From assembly GCF_001447785.1 (NCBI RefSeq), contig NW_015162481.1, positions 1,350,899 through 1,414,898 on the forward strand: a stretch of DNA of 64,000 bases, read 5' to 3'. Numbering within the stretch: position 1 is the first letter of the stretch; each line of letters starts with the position of its first letter. The notes below the pieces were generated by a model that saw nothing but the letters and a program-made list of their open reading frames with translations, was not told where the DNA came from and ran no database searches. This document shows positions 49,577 through 60,170 of this stretch, in pieces. The DNA is from Gekko japonicus (taxonomy: Eukaryota). Both the position numbers and the translations under genes were made by a program.

Positions 49577-50673
49577 AAATTGCTGACTGGTGCTGGCTGT
49601 GTCAGTGTACCACCCAATTCATGCTGATGCTTTCTCCATGTAAATGTATCCCTAGCAGCTTAAAACTGGCCCTGAGAGACTCTGTGGTCTTCTGTATGTG
49701 CTGAGGGTGAACTGCTTTAATTCAGAACACTTTCTCCAAACATTCTGAGTAAGGCAGCCCACCGTGAGCACATACAGATGACTATGAGTCTCTTAGGGCC
49801 ACTTTTAATCTGTGCTTGCCACCTACAATAAAATGGCTAAGGGCTCATTCAAATGCTGCCTTATTAGCTTGATAGTTGCTCTGGTAATGCCAGAAAACAG
49901 AGACAGAGAGCAAACAGTATTTGGACTATACTCTTCAGAGTCTAATGGGCCAGCGAGTCTCCAACTGACCTGGAAAAAATGCCCTGTCCCTTTTCTACAT
50001 CTTTTAGTTTTGAGTCTTTACAGTGGAAAATGCTGTCAAGTCGCAACCAATTTATGGTTGTAACCAATTTATGGTGATCTCTCAAGGAGTTTTCAAGGCA
50101 AGAAATGAACAGAGGAGGTTTGCCATTGCCTGCCTCTGTGTTGCAAGCCTGGGCTTCCTTGGTGGTCTCCCATCCAAGCACTAACCAGAGTTGACCCTGC
50201 TTAGCTTCTGAGATCTGGTGAGAGCAGGTTAGCCTGGGCCATCCAGTTCAGAGCAATGGCTGCTTTTTTCCCTATCAAGTTGCTGCCAACTTACAGCAAC
50301 TCCGTAGGGTTTTCAAGGCAAGAGTCATTCAGAGGTGGTTTGCCTGCCTCTGCATAGCAACCCTGGTATTCCTTGGTGGTCTCCCATCCAAATGTTGACT
50401 GAGCTTCCAAGATCAGGCTAACCTGGACTGTCAAGGTCAGGGCTATGGCTCCCATCACCACTGAGGAAAGGTCAGAAACAGCCTTCTGTTTCTGCCATGG
50501 AAACTTGCTAGGTGACGTTGGGTCTCTTACACACACAGTTGTTAGGATGAAATGGAAGAGACGAGAATGAGGTAGGCCTCTTTGGGTCCTCACTGGAGGG
50601 AGAGAGAAACAGGGTATAAATCAAGAAACTAACTAACTAAATGACATCATGATTTTTGACAATATTTCTGCAG

Positions 50674-50768
50674 GTGTCTTCTGTCATTCGTTGGAGTATT
50701 TTTAATCACCCAAAATAGAGGCAAGGAACATTTGACAAGTTTTTATATAGACTCTGGACACATTTCTG
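50674..50768 (+). CDS. NIPAL2: NIPAL2 coding exon 10: (G)CLLSFVGVFLITQNRGKEHLTSFYIDSGHIS(G)
   Basis: tttctgcag acceptor, CTG|gtaagt donor, 95 nt; last TM helix. Confidence 0.95.
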
Positions 50769-51121
50769 GTAAGTTTATTTCTGGAAATGTTCTGTCAGAT
50801 ATTCAGGCTGTCATCCCCATTCACGCATCTGAAAAACATCCACTAACGGAAAGGCTGAAAAGAAAAACCACATCAAATAGATCCTCCAATCGGTTTTAAT
50901 AAAAATTGCTCTTCACTTAATTTTCCCCCCCTATTTCCAGTTGGGTTTTTTTTTTAAAAAAAATCTTGAATTATTTCCAGCCCATTGCCACAGACTAGCA
51001 CAGCAAAGCAAACTGAAGCCTGTGGTGAGAAACCTTCTAAGGGGGAAATAATTAAACTTGTTAGGTTGGATTTATCATAGTTGCTCCAACTATGTTTTTT
51101 ATTATTATTTTAATCCCACAG

Positions 51122-51219
51122 GACTGACGACGAGGAGAGGGAAAATCCAGCCAGAGTCAACCAGCTTATCCTATGGCTCTTTGCTTAATGAAGGTGAGTC
51201 TGTAAAGACTCAAAACTAA
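51122..51219 (+). CDS. NIPAL2: NIPAL2 last coding exon: (G)LTTRRGKIQPESTSLSYGSLLNEGESVKTQN*
   Basis: cccacag acceptor; KIQPxSxSLSYG matches the recalled NIPAL2 C-tail; TAA at 51217-51219. Confidence 0.92.
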
Positions 51220-52156
51220 AAGGAAAGAGCATCTATTAAATGTCAGTTAACAAGAGAAACTGCTTATTTATTGGCTTCATATTCAACACCACCCTTTTAT
51301 TACTCATGCTCATTGTGCGTCAAGTTATTTCATCCTGACAGCTCTTGTGGTGATTTAATCCTGTTTGAGGATCCCCTGGCTATTGCAAACACATTGCAAT
51401 TTAACCCAGCTATTGTGTTCAAAGTGATAGGTCATTAAACAAAACCTGGGTGTTATGTTTATGCGGTGGTTCTTTTTCTGTGATCTTGCATTTCTCTGCA
51501 GCCGAGCCGTTCCTGTGCACAAACAATGCAGTTGGATCGTATCCATGTGGCCTGAGGGCCATTCTTACACCGACCTTTTCCCTCAGTTATTGACACTATT
51601 TGCTGTTTCTTGGTTCATTGGTCCCTCGGCGGCTAGATGGCATTCCTCCCAAACATGCGTTTCGGTGTTTCTTTGTTTCTTTCAAGTCCTGACTTAAGAT
51701 GATTTATTTAATTTCTAATGAAAATGCAGTGTTATCCTCTCACGTGTGAACTGGCCACACGGTTATTGCTACACCAGGTCCAGAGAGAGGAGATGGTGAA
51801 TTCATTTCTTTCATCTCGTTTTTATTATTTCTTTGACGTCTCCCCCTTCTTTCTCTCTTTCTTTCTGCTGCAAAGACTGACTAACCAGAGAGAAAAGCTT
51901 TACCAGTCTCACTAATATACTTTTGTTCCTGAAGAAGTTAAAATACTCTGCTTGGATCCTTCCAGCTGTTCTTCTCAGTCTCATCCAATTCTATTCCTCA
52001 CCTCAACTTCCGTTCTACAGGGTGGGGTTTTTTTTGTTTTTGTTTTTTCTCCACGTGGTCCTGTCATCCCCAGCATGGCCTTTTCAGTTGTCAAAAGGAG
52101 AAGCCGGGAGTATCCATGCCTTCATAAGCCCCTACCCCACGCAGCAATGACATGGG

Positions 52157-52364
52157 CAAAATGCTCCCTCTGAGCTGTGGAGTCTTGTGAGCCAAAATTC
52201 TACTTTGTGAGCTCTTGGCATTAAAGTTGTGAGTGAGCGATTTGGCTGCTGCATAAATTAGTTTGCTCTGGAGCCATCCTTCCTGAGCTAAGACAAAAAT
52301 GTGTGAGCCGGAGGCTAAAAAACTGTGAGCTAGCTCACACTAACTCAGCTTAGAGGGAACACTG
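52157..52364 (-). mobile_element. family-B MITE in the probable 3'UTR
   Basis: perfect TSD gacatggg. Confidence 0.9.
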
Positions 52365-53036
52365 GACATGGGCTGTAGAAAAGAGAAAATGGGTCAGATT
52401 TTTCCAAGCAGCACCACTTTCTGGGGAGGGAAGGGGAGGGAGATCTTTACAGGAACATTGTGTGGGTCAGGCAGCTTTTCTTACAGTCAGTCCCCTGCCC
52501 TTTCTGGCATTTATTGCCCCACCACTTGTGGCTAACAGCTCTGCTCCCTTGCCCTCCTTTGGACTGCTCTTTCCTATCCTTGTTTGGTTGCTCCCTCAAG
52601 CCCACCAGCTCTTTTAACAACTAACTTTTTTGTTACCTTATATGTCTGAACGACGTAGAGTAGCACAGCACTAGAGCTACGTTTTCTATATTTATTTACT
52701 TCACTTGTACTCCAAATTCTTCTCCCCTGGGAGCCCAAAGCAGCTTACATTGTTCTCCTGTCCTCCATTTTACCCTCACAGCAGCCCTGTAAGGCGGCTT
52801 TGGCTGAGACTGCGTAATTGGCCTGTTATGTTATCCGCATCCCATGGAGGGGGGGGTGTTGCACATCAGGCTTGTCCTACACACTCACAGTCTTGATGGC
52901 CTGTATTTTAACAGAATAACCTTCGTTTAAATAGAATAATGTGAGACTCACAAATCAGATTTGTACTGGGCTTCCTTATGTAAGACCATACCCTTGAAAT
53001 CCATCCCTTGTCATTTGTGTTCATTAATTCTGGGCA

Positions 53037-53042
53037 AATAAA
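53037..53042 (+). terminator. candidate polyadenylation signal AATAAA for NIPAL2
   Basis: First canonical AATAAA I found after the stop, followed by T/GT-rich sequence. Weaker ATTAAA hexamers occur earlier (e.g. 51235). No transcript evidence. Confidence 0.35.
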
Positions 53043-53867
53043 CTTGCGTCTGTATTCATTTGGTATTTCATTTCACCCAGAAGTATACATTAAAAGGTGA
53101 TAAAAGGACAACTTTCAGCTATAATGATATGACAAATCAGTAAATGCTATTAAGGGAAACTCATCAGTGTTAAATGATCTTGACTAGGCAACCAGAAAAT
53201 ATAATCATGAGTACCAGAGCACAGTGAAAACAATACATAGAAAGTGCTCCCTGAAGAACATCTTTAAAGAACTGTGACTTTGTTCATCTGTTCAGTGGTT
53301 TTTCTGGCTGAGGCTATGCCTGTTCTATACATCACTTTGCTTCAGTTGCTTTCGTTTTTATATATATATATTTGTGCCTGCCTTCAGTAAGCTGCACTTC
53401 TACTCCTGTGTCTCATCTACATCCCCCCCATGTGGCTAGAGAGTCTAACTAGGATCTGGAAGAGCCATATTCAAATCTCCACTTCGCCACAGAGCTCACT
53501 GGTGATCTTGGGCCACTCATTATCTCTCTGGTGCCCAGCCTTGCTAGGAGGATCTCATGAGAAAGGAGAACTCTGTATGCTGCTTGGAACCCCTAAGGGA
53601 ACAGCAGAATAAAAGTGGATCAGGTGCAGGGCTTTTTTTTTTTTTTTGAAAAAGATGTGCCGAAACTCTCAAGAGGGAAATGAAGTTTTCAATCTGTATA
53701 CTGAGAACTCATGAACTTTAACACTTTTTAAAAAGAATTTTGTCAAAGAGGTTCCGGAACTCCATTCCAGCGTGTTTCCCCAGAAAAAAAGCCATGATCA
53801 GGTGGATAGATCACGTAAAAGATACTAACTTGGATCTTCAGACACACTGTCCCCGATACGGCAAGGG

Positions 53868-54263
53868 CAGGACTATTTTTGGGCAGGAACGCACAGGAAC
53901 GGAGTTCCGGCTGGCTTCCAAGTTGGCCACACCCAGCAGGAACTCATTAGCATAACAGGCCACACCCAGCAGTAGAAACTCATTAGAATTGGCTACATTA
54001 GGGGTGTGTGGCCTAACATGCAAAGGAGTTCCTGCAACAAAAAAAGCCCTGGTTTTTGACAACAAACAAGGTAAACAGAATAAGAAGCAAAAGGTGGGTG
54101 TGACTGGATGACCACACTTCTGGTAACATGGGAATGTGGCCTAATATGCTAATGAGTGGTGCAATCAGGGGTGTGGCCTAATATGCTAATGAGTTTCTGC
54201 TGCTGTGTGTGGCCTATTATGCTAATGAGTTCCTGCTGGACTTTTTCTACAAAAAAAGCCCTG
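53868..54263. mobile_element. hAT MITE family D (CAGGGCT-type TIR; multiple ATGCTAATGAG/GGCCACACCC units)
   Basis: perfect TSD ggcaaggg; inverted sister copy at 57151-57510. Confidence 0.88.
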
Positions 54264-55137
54264 GGCAAGGGACAGGGATAACAGAACAGAAGTATTTTAT
54301 GTGTTGTTGCATCTGCTTCCAAAAACGGACAGCATTCTTCACATCTCCTGCCGGTGGGCAGTCAGTACCAGAGGTGAGTGAAGTGCATTCTAGGGAAGCC
54401 GGGGGTAAGCTCAGTTGGGAGATCTGCAGAAAAGGAAAATCTTTCTTAAAAATTAGCCTAAGGAGGACCCTAACTACGTGCAACAGCAACAAGTATAGGA
54501 TGCAGGCAGTCTCCAAAGCGAGTTCCTGTTGTTTATGTTAGTGTTTGTCCAACATTCAGCCTTCAGGAAATGTTCTCCTTATCCCATCTGCATGGGTCTG
54601 AGGATTCCAGGGCAAACTGTAGGGCTGTTGTCCTCCATGAGCTCCATAGGGAGCCCCAAGCCCACCTCACATCCCCCTGTAGCGATACATGGCAAGGGCT
54701 GATTGGTGGAAGGAGGCCATCCGGCTTTCAGAGCTTCTTACTTCATTACCAAGCTTCTCATTGCAGAAGTCCTCATGAGCCTGCCGGGAACCTCAGGCTT
54801 TTCCAGCGCACAGATTGAAAATCACCATAGCGGATTTGAAGAAGGAAGCAATGATGTTATTTGGACGTGCATCAAAATGTTAAAGGAAGCAACAGAGGCA
54901 TTTTTTGGCATTGATCAGTGAATTATTAACAACGGCTGGAGAACAAGAGGACATGAATCACAGCAGCCATTAGTTGCTTTCTCTAAACTCACCAGACAGA
55001 GGTGGCTACATTTTAGCAGAGTGCTTTGTATAAGGGTTCCCCTCTGATCAGCACATGGGGTAGAGAGAAAAGGGGGCCGCTGCACACTGTCTCCCCCCAC
55101 CAGTGGGTCATCAGAGCTAGCAATATTAGTCAGCTAT

Positions 55138-55157
55138 NNNNNNNNNNNNNNNNNNNN
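55138..55157. other. assembly gap (20 N)
   Basis: run of N. Confidence 1.
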
Positions 55158-55167
55158 ATGTTTAAAA

Positions 55168-55498
55168 AGATTTCCCTTGCTCGAAAGCCAGTTGAATGTG
55201 ACTCTAGGGGGCGGTGCTCATCTCCGTTTCCAAGCTGAAGAGCCAGCGCTGTCCAAATATGTTTCTGTGGTCATGTGGCCGGCATGACTAAACACCGAGG
55301 TGCATGGAATGCTGTTACCTTCCCACCAAAGCAGTACCTATTTATCTACTTGCAATTTCTTGCTTTCGACCTCCTAGGTTGGCAGGAGCTGGGGCCAGAG
55401 ACGGGAGCTCACTCCATCACAAGGCACTAGGGTCTCAGACTGCCAAGCTACAGACCTTCCAGTCTGCAGCTCAGTGTCTTAACCTTTGAGCCACCACT
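55168..55498 (-). mobile_element. Sauria SINE
   Basis: reverse complement of 20605-20947. Confidence 0.9.
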
Positions 55499-56156
55499 CA
55501 TGTTGCCCACCATCAAATCCTTCCCCACCTCTATAAATAGAATTGTGTTTCTTCCCCAGAATCTGAAAGGATTCTCGAATGCTAGGTAGGGGAAATTCTG
55601 GGGTAAAAACCTGGCAGTTCTCCTTTATATTGCTTCATATAGTTTCTTGCAGGGCAGAGGTCAGCTGTGCTTCAGATGCTAATATTCAAAATGTTTGTGA
55701 TTCGTCTGCTGTTTTCCAGCAAGCTTCATAACACACTAATCTTCTTGCCCCAGGTTCACTGTCACTTGCTGCATTAGCTAGGCAAGAGTTTAAGATTATT
55801 TCTAGGCACGCTGAGTTGTTCAAAGAAAAAGGGGTTTCCCTAGTGTAACGATATGAGCTTATGTTTGTATTTCTGTATAGTGGTGATGCTGCTTATGTGT
55901 GTCTCTAGCATGAATACCTATGCAATATGTATTCAGGGATGCCCTGGAGGAAACGGGATTTTTGGAAGGTAGATTCTGTGGAATCACATACCCACTTGAG
56001 TGCCCTCCCTTCCCAGACTCCATTGTCCTCAGGCTCCACCCCCAGTTTCCCAAGAATTCCCCAAGACGGAGTTGGTAACCCTGTTCTTATATACTGTTCT
56101 GATTATGTGTCTACTGGTATGACTAGAAAAAAGAAGTAGTAACTCTACTGTTTCCC

Positions 56157-56395
56157 TAGGGCTGCCAAGTGGGGGCGGGGGGCGGGTAAACCCCTGCTTT
56201 GGAGGCCCGATTTTCGCCACCGCAGAATCGGGCCCCGGGGGAAATTCCGCCCCCCGAAGCGCAACCACATCGATCACGTTGGGGGCCACGCCCCAATGTG
56301 ATCACAACATGATCGACGTCGCGCGCATCGGAGTAGAGCTCCCGAAGCCCGGCGACACTCCCCTGCTGGTAAGAAGATTCGACTTGGCAACCCTA
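56157..56395. mobile_element. CpG-rich hAT MITE
   Basis: TIR tagggctgccaagt/acttggcaacccta; TSD tgtttccc/tgttaccc. Confidence 0.85.
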
Positions 56396-56772
56396 TGTTA
56401 CCCTGTTGTGGGGATAGACAACCACAGCAGGGGGCAGCTACCAGTTGATTCATTTAGAGGGTTGCCAGCACCAGACTGGGAAATACTTGGAAGTTTTGGG
56501 GGTGGAGCATGAGGAGGGCGGGGGTTGGAGAGGGGAGGGACTTCAGTGGGGGGTTGATGCCATAGAGTCCACCTTCTAAAGCAGCCATTTTCTCCAGGGA
56601 ACTGATCTCTGTCGCCTGGAGAACAGTTGTTATAGCAGGAGGTCTCCACCTCTCCAGCCACCACCTGGGGGTTCGCAGCCCTATTAATTTAGTGTGTTCC
56701 AGAAGTAGAAAACTGCTAGGGTTGCCAGACTCCAGGTGGGGTCTGGAGATCTCTGGCCTATAGGGTTCAAAT

Positions 56773-58055
56773 TGTTAGCAGTCAGACCCCTCGTCTCGCA
56801 GAGGGGCAGTTTATAGTTTAGAGAGGCAGAAACACCCTTCTTAAGATATCATCTGAAAAAATTCATAAGTACTGGACACTGCCTGGCCCTAATTGACACA
56901 AAATAGATGCCAGTCAGCAAAAAGCCTGGACAAATATTTTTGGAAGGTAAATAAGAGCGGCTGACTGTCTGCTTCCCATCCACACCCAGAGAGATGCATA
57001 ACTGTAGGACAATGGGTCTTCCAAAACCTATTGATTCACCCTTGGACTAATCTCATCAAACCCAACCTTACTTCCTCTGTGCCCACTTACCCTAATTAAG
57101 AGAATCTTAATCAACTCTCAATTCCATTCACTAAACCCATTAGCTTCCGCCAGGGCTTTTTTTGTAGAAAAAGCCCAGCAGGAACTCATTAACATATTAG
57201 GCCACACCCTTGACAGCACAGCATATTAGCATATTAGTCCGTACCCCCATGTTACCAGAAGTGTGGTCATCCAGCCACACACCCCTTTTGCTTCTTATTC
57301 TGTTTACCTTGTTTGTTGTCAAAACCCAGAGCTTTTTTTGTAGCAGGAACTCCTTTGCATGTTAGGCCACACACCCCTAATGTAGCCAATTCTAATGAGT
57401 TTCTGCTGTTGGGTGTGGCCTATTATGCTAAGGAGTTCCTGCTGGGTGTGGCCAACTCAGGAGCCAGCCGGAACTCCGTTCCTGTGCGTTCCTGCCCAAA
57501 AATAGCCCTGAGCTTCCCGTATGGTATTTGCAGGATCATCAAGCTCCTTTTCACACCTTTTTCATAACTTAGGAAAACCCATCAAGTTATTGTTTTGGGG
57601 GCATCATATCAGCTTGCCCCTGAGGGCTCATTTTGCCCTATATCAAGAGCTCCTAGTCACCAATGTAGTGTGTGTGTTCTTGGATCCATACCCACACCCC
57701 CAATTCATTGGGTCTTCTCTCCACAAAATGCTGGTCATTTTGCTACTACCTCCACAGGCCTCTTCACTCCAAGACTGGTAATTATAGCTCTCCCCTGAAA
57801 TTGTTTTCCCCCTTTCCACCCTGCCTTTCCTTAGCTAGCTCTGTGTGTCTTTTGTGTGTGTAGTTTGAGTTTTATTCTTTCTCTTTTAATAAAAAAAACC
57901 CTTCCTGGCTGAACATCTGCCTTGTGTATTTCAAAAATTATCTTAAGGGGAAAATCCCCATAAACATAGGTGGAGAATTCCAGTTACCCCCTCTCACTCT
58001 GTCTCCTTTAAGCTAATTCCTCCAACTGATTAGGAGACTGCCTCTTTGGGTAACA
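56773..58055 (+). mobile_element. probable solo LTR splitting a family-A MITE and hosting a family-D MITE
   Basis: TGTTA…TAACA termini; TATA-like 57639 followed by AATAAA 57888; host MITE begins at 56717 and resumes at about 58056; no clear TSD. Confidence 0.45.
57151..57510. mobile_element. family-D MITE (inverted relative to 53868-54263)
   Basis: cagggctttttt…aaaaatagccctg; near-TSD agcttcc. Confidence 0.85.
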
Positions 58056-59278
58056 AGTTTCCCTAGGAAAAAATGATTGCTTTGGAGGATGGACTCAGTG
58101 CCATTATGCCCTGCTGAGGTCCCCACCCTCCCCAGGCTCTGCCTTCAAATCTCCAGGAATTTCGTAGTCCAGAGTTGGGAGTCAAGAAGAGGGCCGCACC
58201 AATCACTGAGAGATAAAAATAAGGCCAAGGCCAGTGGTGCAAGTACGACTGATCTTGGACTCTTGTTGAAGGAACACTGAAATACCAATGGAGTCCTCTG
58301 AAGAAACATAGGGATTTTTTAAGCTGAGTGATAAAATATATTTTTTTCCTTTACTTTCACCATCAGCCTTGGACTTACTTTTCTCTCTCAATCCAGAGTT
58401 GGTAACTCTAATAACTGCGGGTAAGTACATATTTGCTGGGGATGAAAATGAACAGTGAGAAAAGGGTCTCTGCTAGCAGAGTAGACCTGTAGAATCCACA
58501 CACACACATACATTGTTTTTGTATACAGGTCTCAGGTGTAATCCCAGGAATTGCTAGTTAAAGGTTCTCAGGCAGCAGGTATTGGGGGAGGCCATTCAGA
58601 AGATTTCTTTAAAACATACCTTGTACTCTTGACCCATTTCCTCTTTCAAATAATAAAAGAGCAGCACAGTCACAACCCATAGTAATAGAATCAACAATAA
58701 CAAGCCACTTATAAAAACAAATTAACCTTCAGACCCCCTGAGAAAAGGGGAAATTGGGCCCAAATGGAGGGAAAGGTGGGGGCACCTCTTGTCAACAAGG
58801 GGAAACTTTGATCTCTTTGACCATCTCACACCTCTGGGACATCTGGTTGGCAACAGGATGCTGGACTAGATGGACCATTGATATGATCCAGTGGGGATAT
58901 TCCTATGGGCCTTAAAGCTCGGCAAGCTTGATGGCAGGCAAACAACAATTAAAATACCTATACCACCAAGTCCTGGTATCTGGTAGTTCCAGTAATCTAC
59001 CCGCTCACTTCATTCCCCAAGCCCTCTCAGTAAAGCAGAGTGATGAAGATGAAAGAAGGTGCCTAAGAGCAATCTTATCTACTGCTTGGCCACTCTATCA
59101 GTTCCAAAATCAAGCAAGGATCCTCCAGGGATGCTGGCCATATCAGCCAGAAAGCACCATCAAGAAGCCATCGGATTAATTTGCCTCTGGCAAACCACCT
59201 TAATCTGCCCCTCATCTTTGCAAAGGTGTCTTGCTTCTGTGTTTCCTCCTGCTTTGCTGTCATCTATCCCAAAGCAGG

Positions 59279-59463
59279 AGAAGATCCTGATGTTGGGAAA
59301 GATTGAAGGTCAAAGAAGACAGGGACGGCAAAGGATGAGATGGTTAGACAGTGTCATAGATGCAACGAACATGAAATTGAGCAAACTTCAGAGGACAGGG
59401 GAAGACAGGAGTCCATGGGGTCACGAAGAGTCGGACTCGACTGTGCAGCTGAACAACAACAAA
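59279..59463 (+). mobile_element. BovB 3' fragment
   Basis: EKILMLGKIEGQRRQGRQRMRWLDSV; (CAA)n tail; similar to 15868-16070. Confidence 0.9.
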
Positions 59464-60039
59464 TCCCAAAGCTGGTTTGGTATGATTATTATTTTTTGAG
59501 AGAGATCAAAGCCAGTGTACCTTTAGATGCTGTGTGGATGAGAAAAGTGCACTTTTGTTGGGCCTGGCTGATATTGCTGCCATTATCCTTGCCTCAGGCT
59601 GCCAAAGCTGACATCCCCCCCCCCCACACACACACACTGAGGAGCTTTTTTCAATTAGTAGGTCACCATAGCATCCTGATAATGATTTATTGCAACAATG
59701 GAGTCATTCCCAATTTTCATTTTCCCCCCTCTTAAAAGTAAAATATCAAGCCTTTTCCATTGGGGAGTTAAAAGGGGAAACGTTATAACACTGTAATGTT
59801 GTAGCAATTCCCAACACTTGAAAACAAGTCCTCTGGTGGAGGAGGGGAACAGTGGCCGTGGGGGCTAAAGCAAGGAGAGTGCAGGGGAAGCTGCTGCATG
59901 GATACTCCATTGCCATTGTGCATGCCTCTGTGTTCCCAAAAGCAACAAGAGCTGTGTAGAGAATCTGTTCTGTGTGGAAGCAGCCCAGGTAATCCATAAC
60001 AAGGGAACAGTAAAATGTTACCCTTACTAGAGCATAGAT

Positions 60040-60170
60040 CCAGGTGGTCTGAAGCAGTATGTGTTGGTCTGAAGCAGCAGAACAAATTTAGAGTCCAGTG
60101 GCACCTTTAAGACCAACAAAGTTTTATTCAAGGTATGAGCTTTCATGCGCACGCACACTTTTCGAAATAC
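60040..60170 (-). mobile_element. Penelope-like element terminal-repeat fragment
   Basis: gagtccagtggcacctttaagaccaacaaag…gtatgagctttc motif, recalled from reptile PLEs; relatives at about 19690, 21925, 22320 and 34857. Confidence 0.5.

Larger units (their letters stand above)
5572..51219 (+). other. NIPAL2: NIPAL2 gene body (5'-partial; 10 coding exons, 333 aa + stop)
   Basis: Manual splicing of exons of 69,172,60,122,97,136,89,64,95,98 nt gives one uninterrupted ORF. It is colinear with recalled human NIPAL2 (…GNxxISISLNxQKYSH…GExGNFAAYGFA…MQLTYPIFY…KIQPxSxSLSYG). All introns are GT-AG. Confidence 0.95.

Noticed and set aside
53868-54263. CRISPR-like repeat/spacer array
   Set aside because: Eukaryotic context; the repeats are degenerate subterminal units of a MITE without regular unique spacers.
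60133-60170. Hammerhead ribozyme in a Penelope-like repeat (minus strand)
   Set aside because: GAAA and a short stem remain, but the CUGANGA core reads tcgaaaa, so it is unlikely to be active. Other copies are more degenerate.
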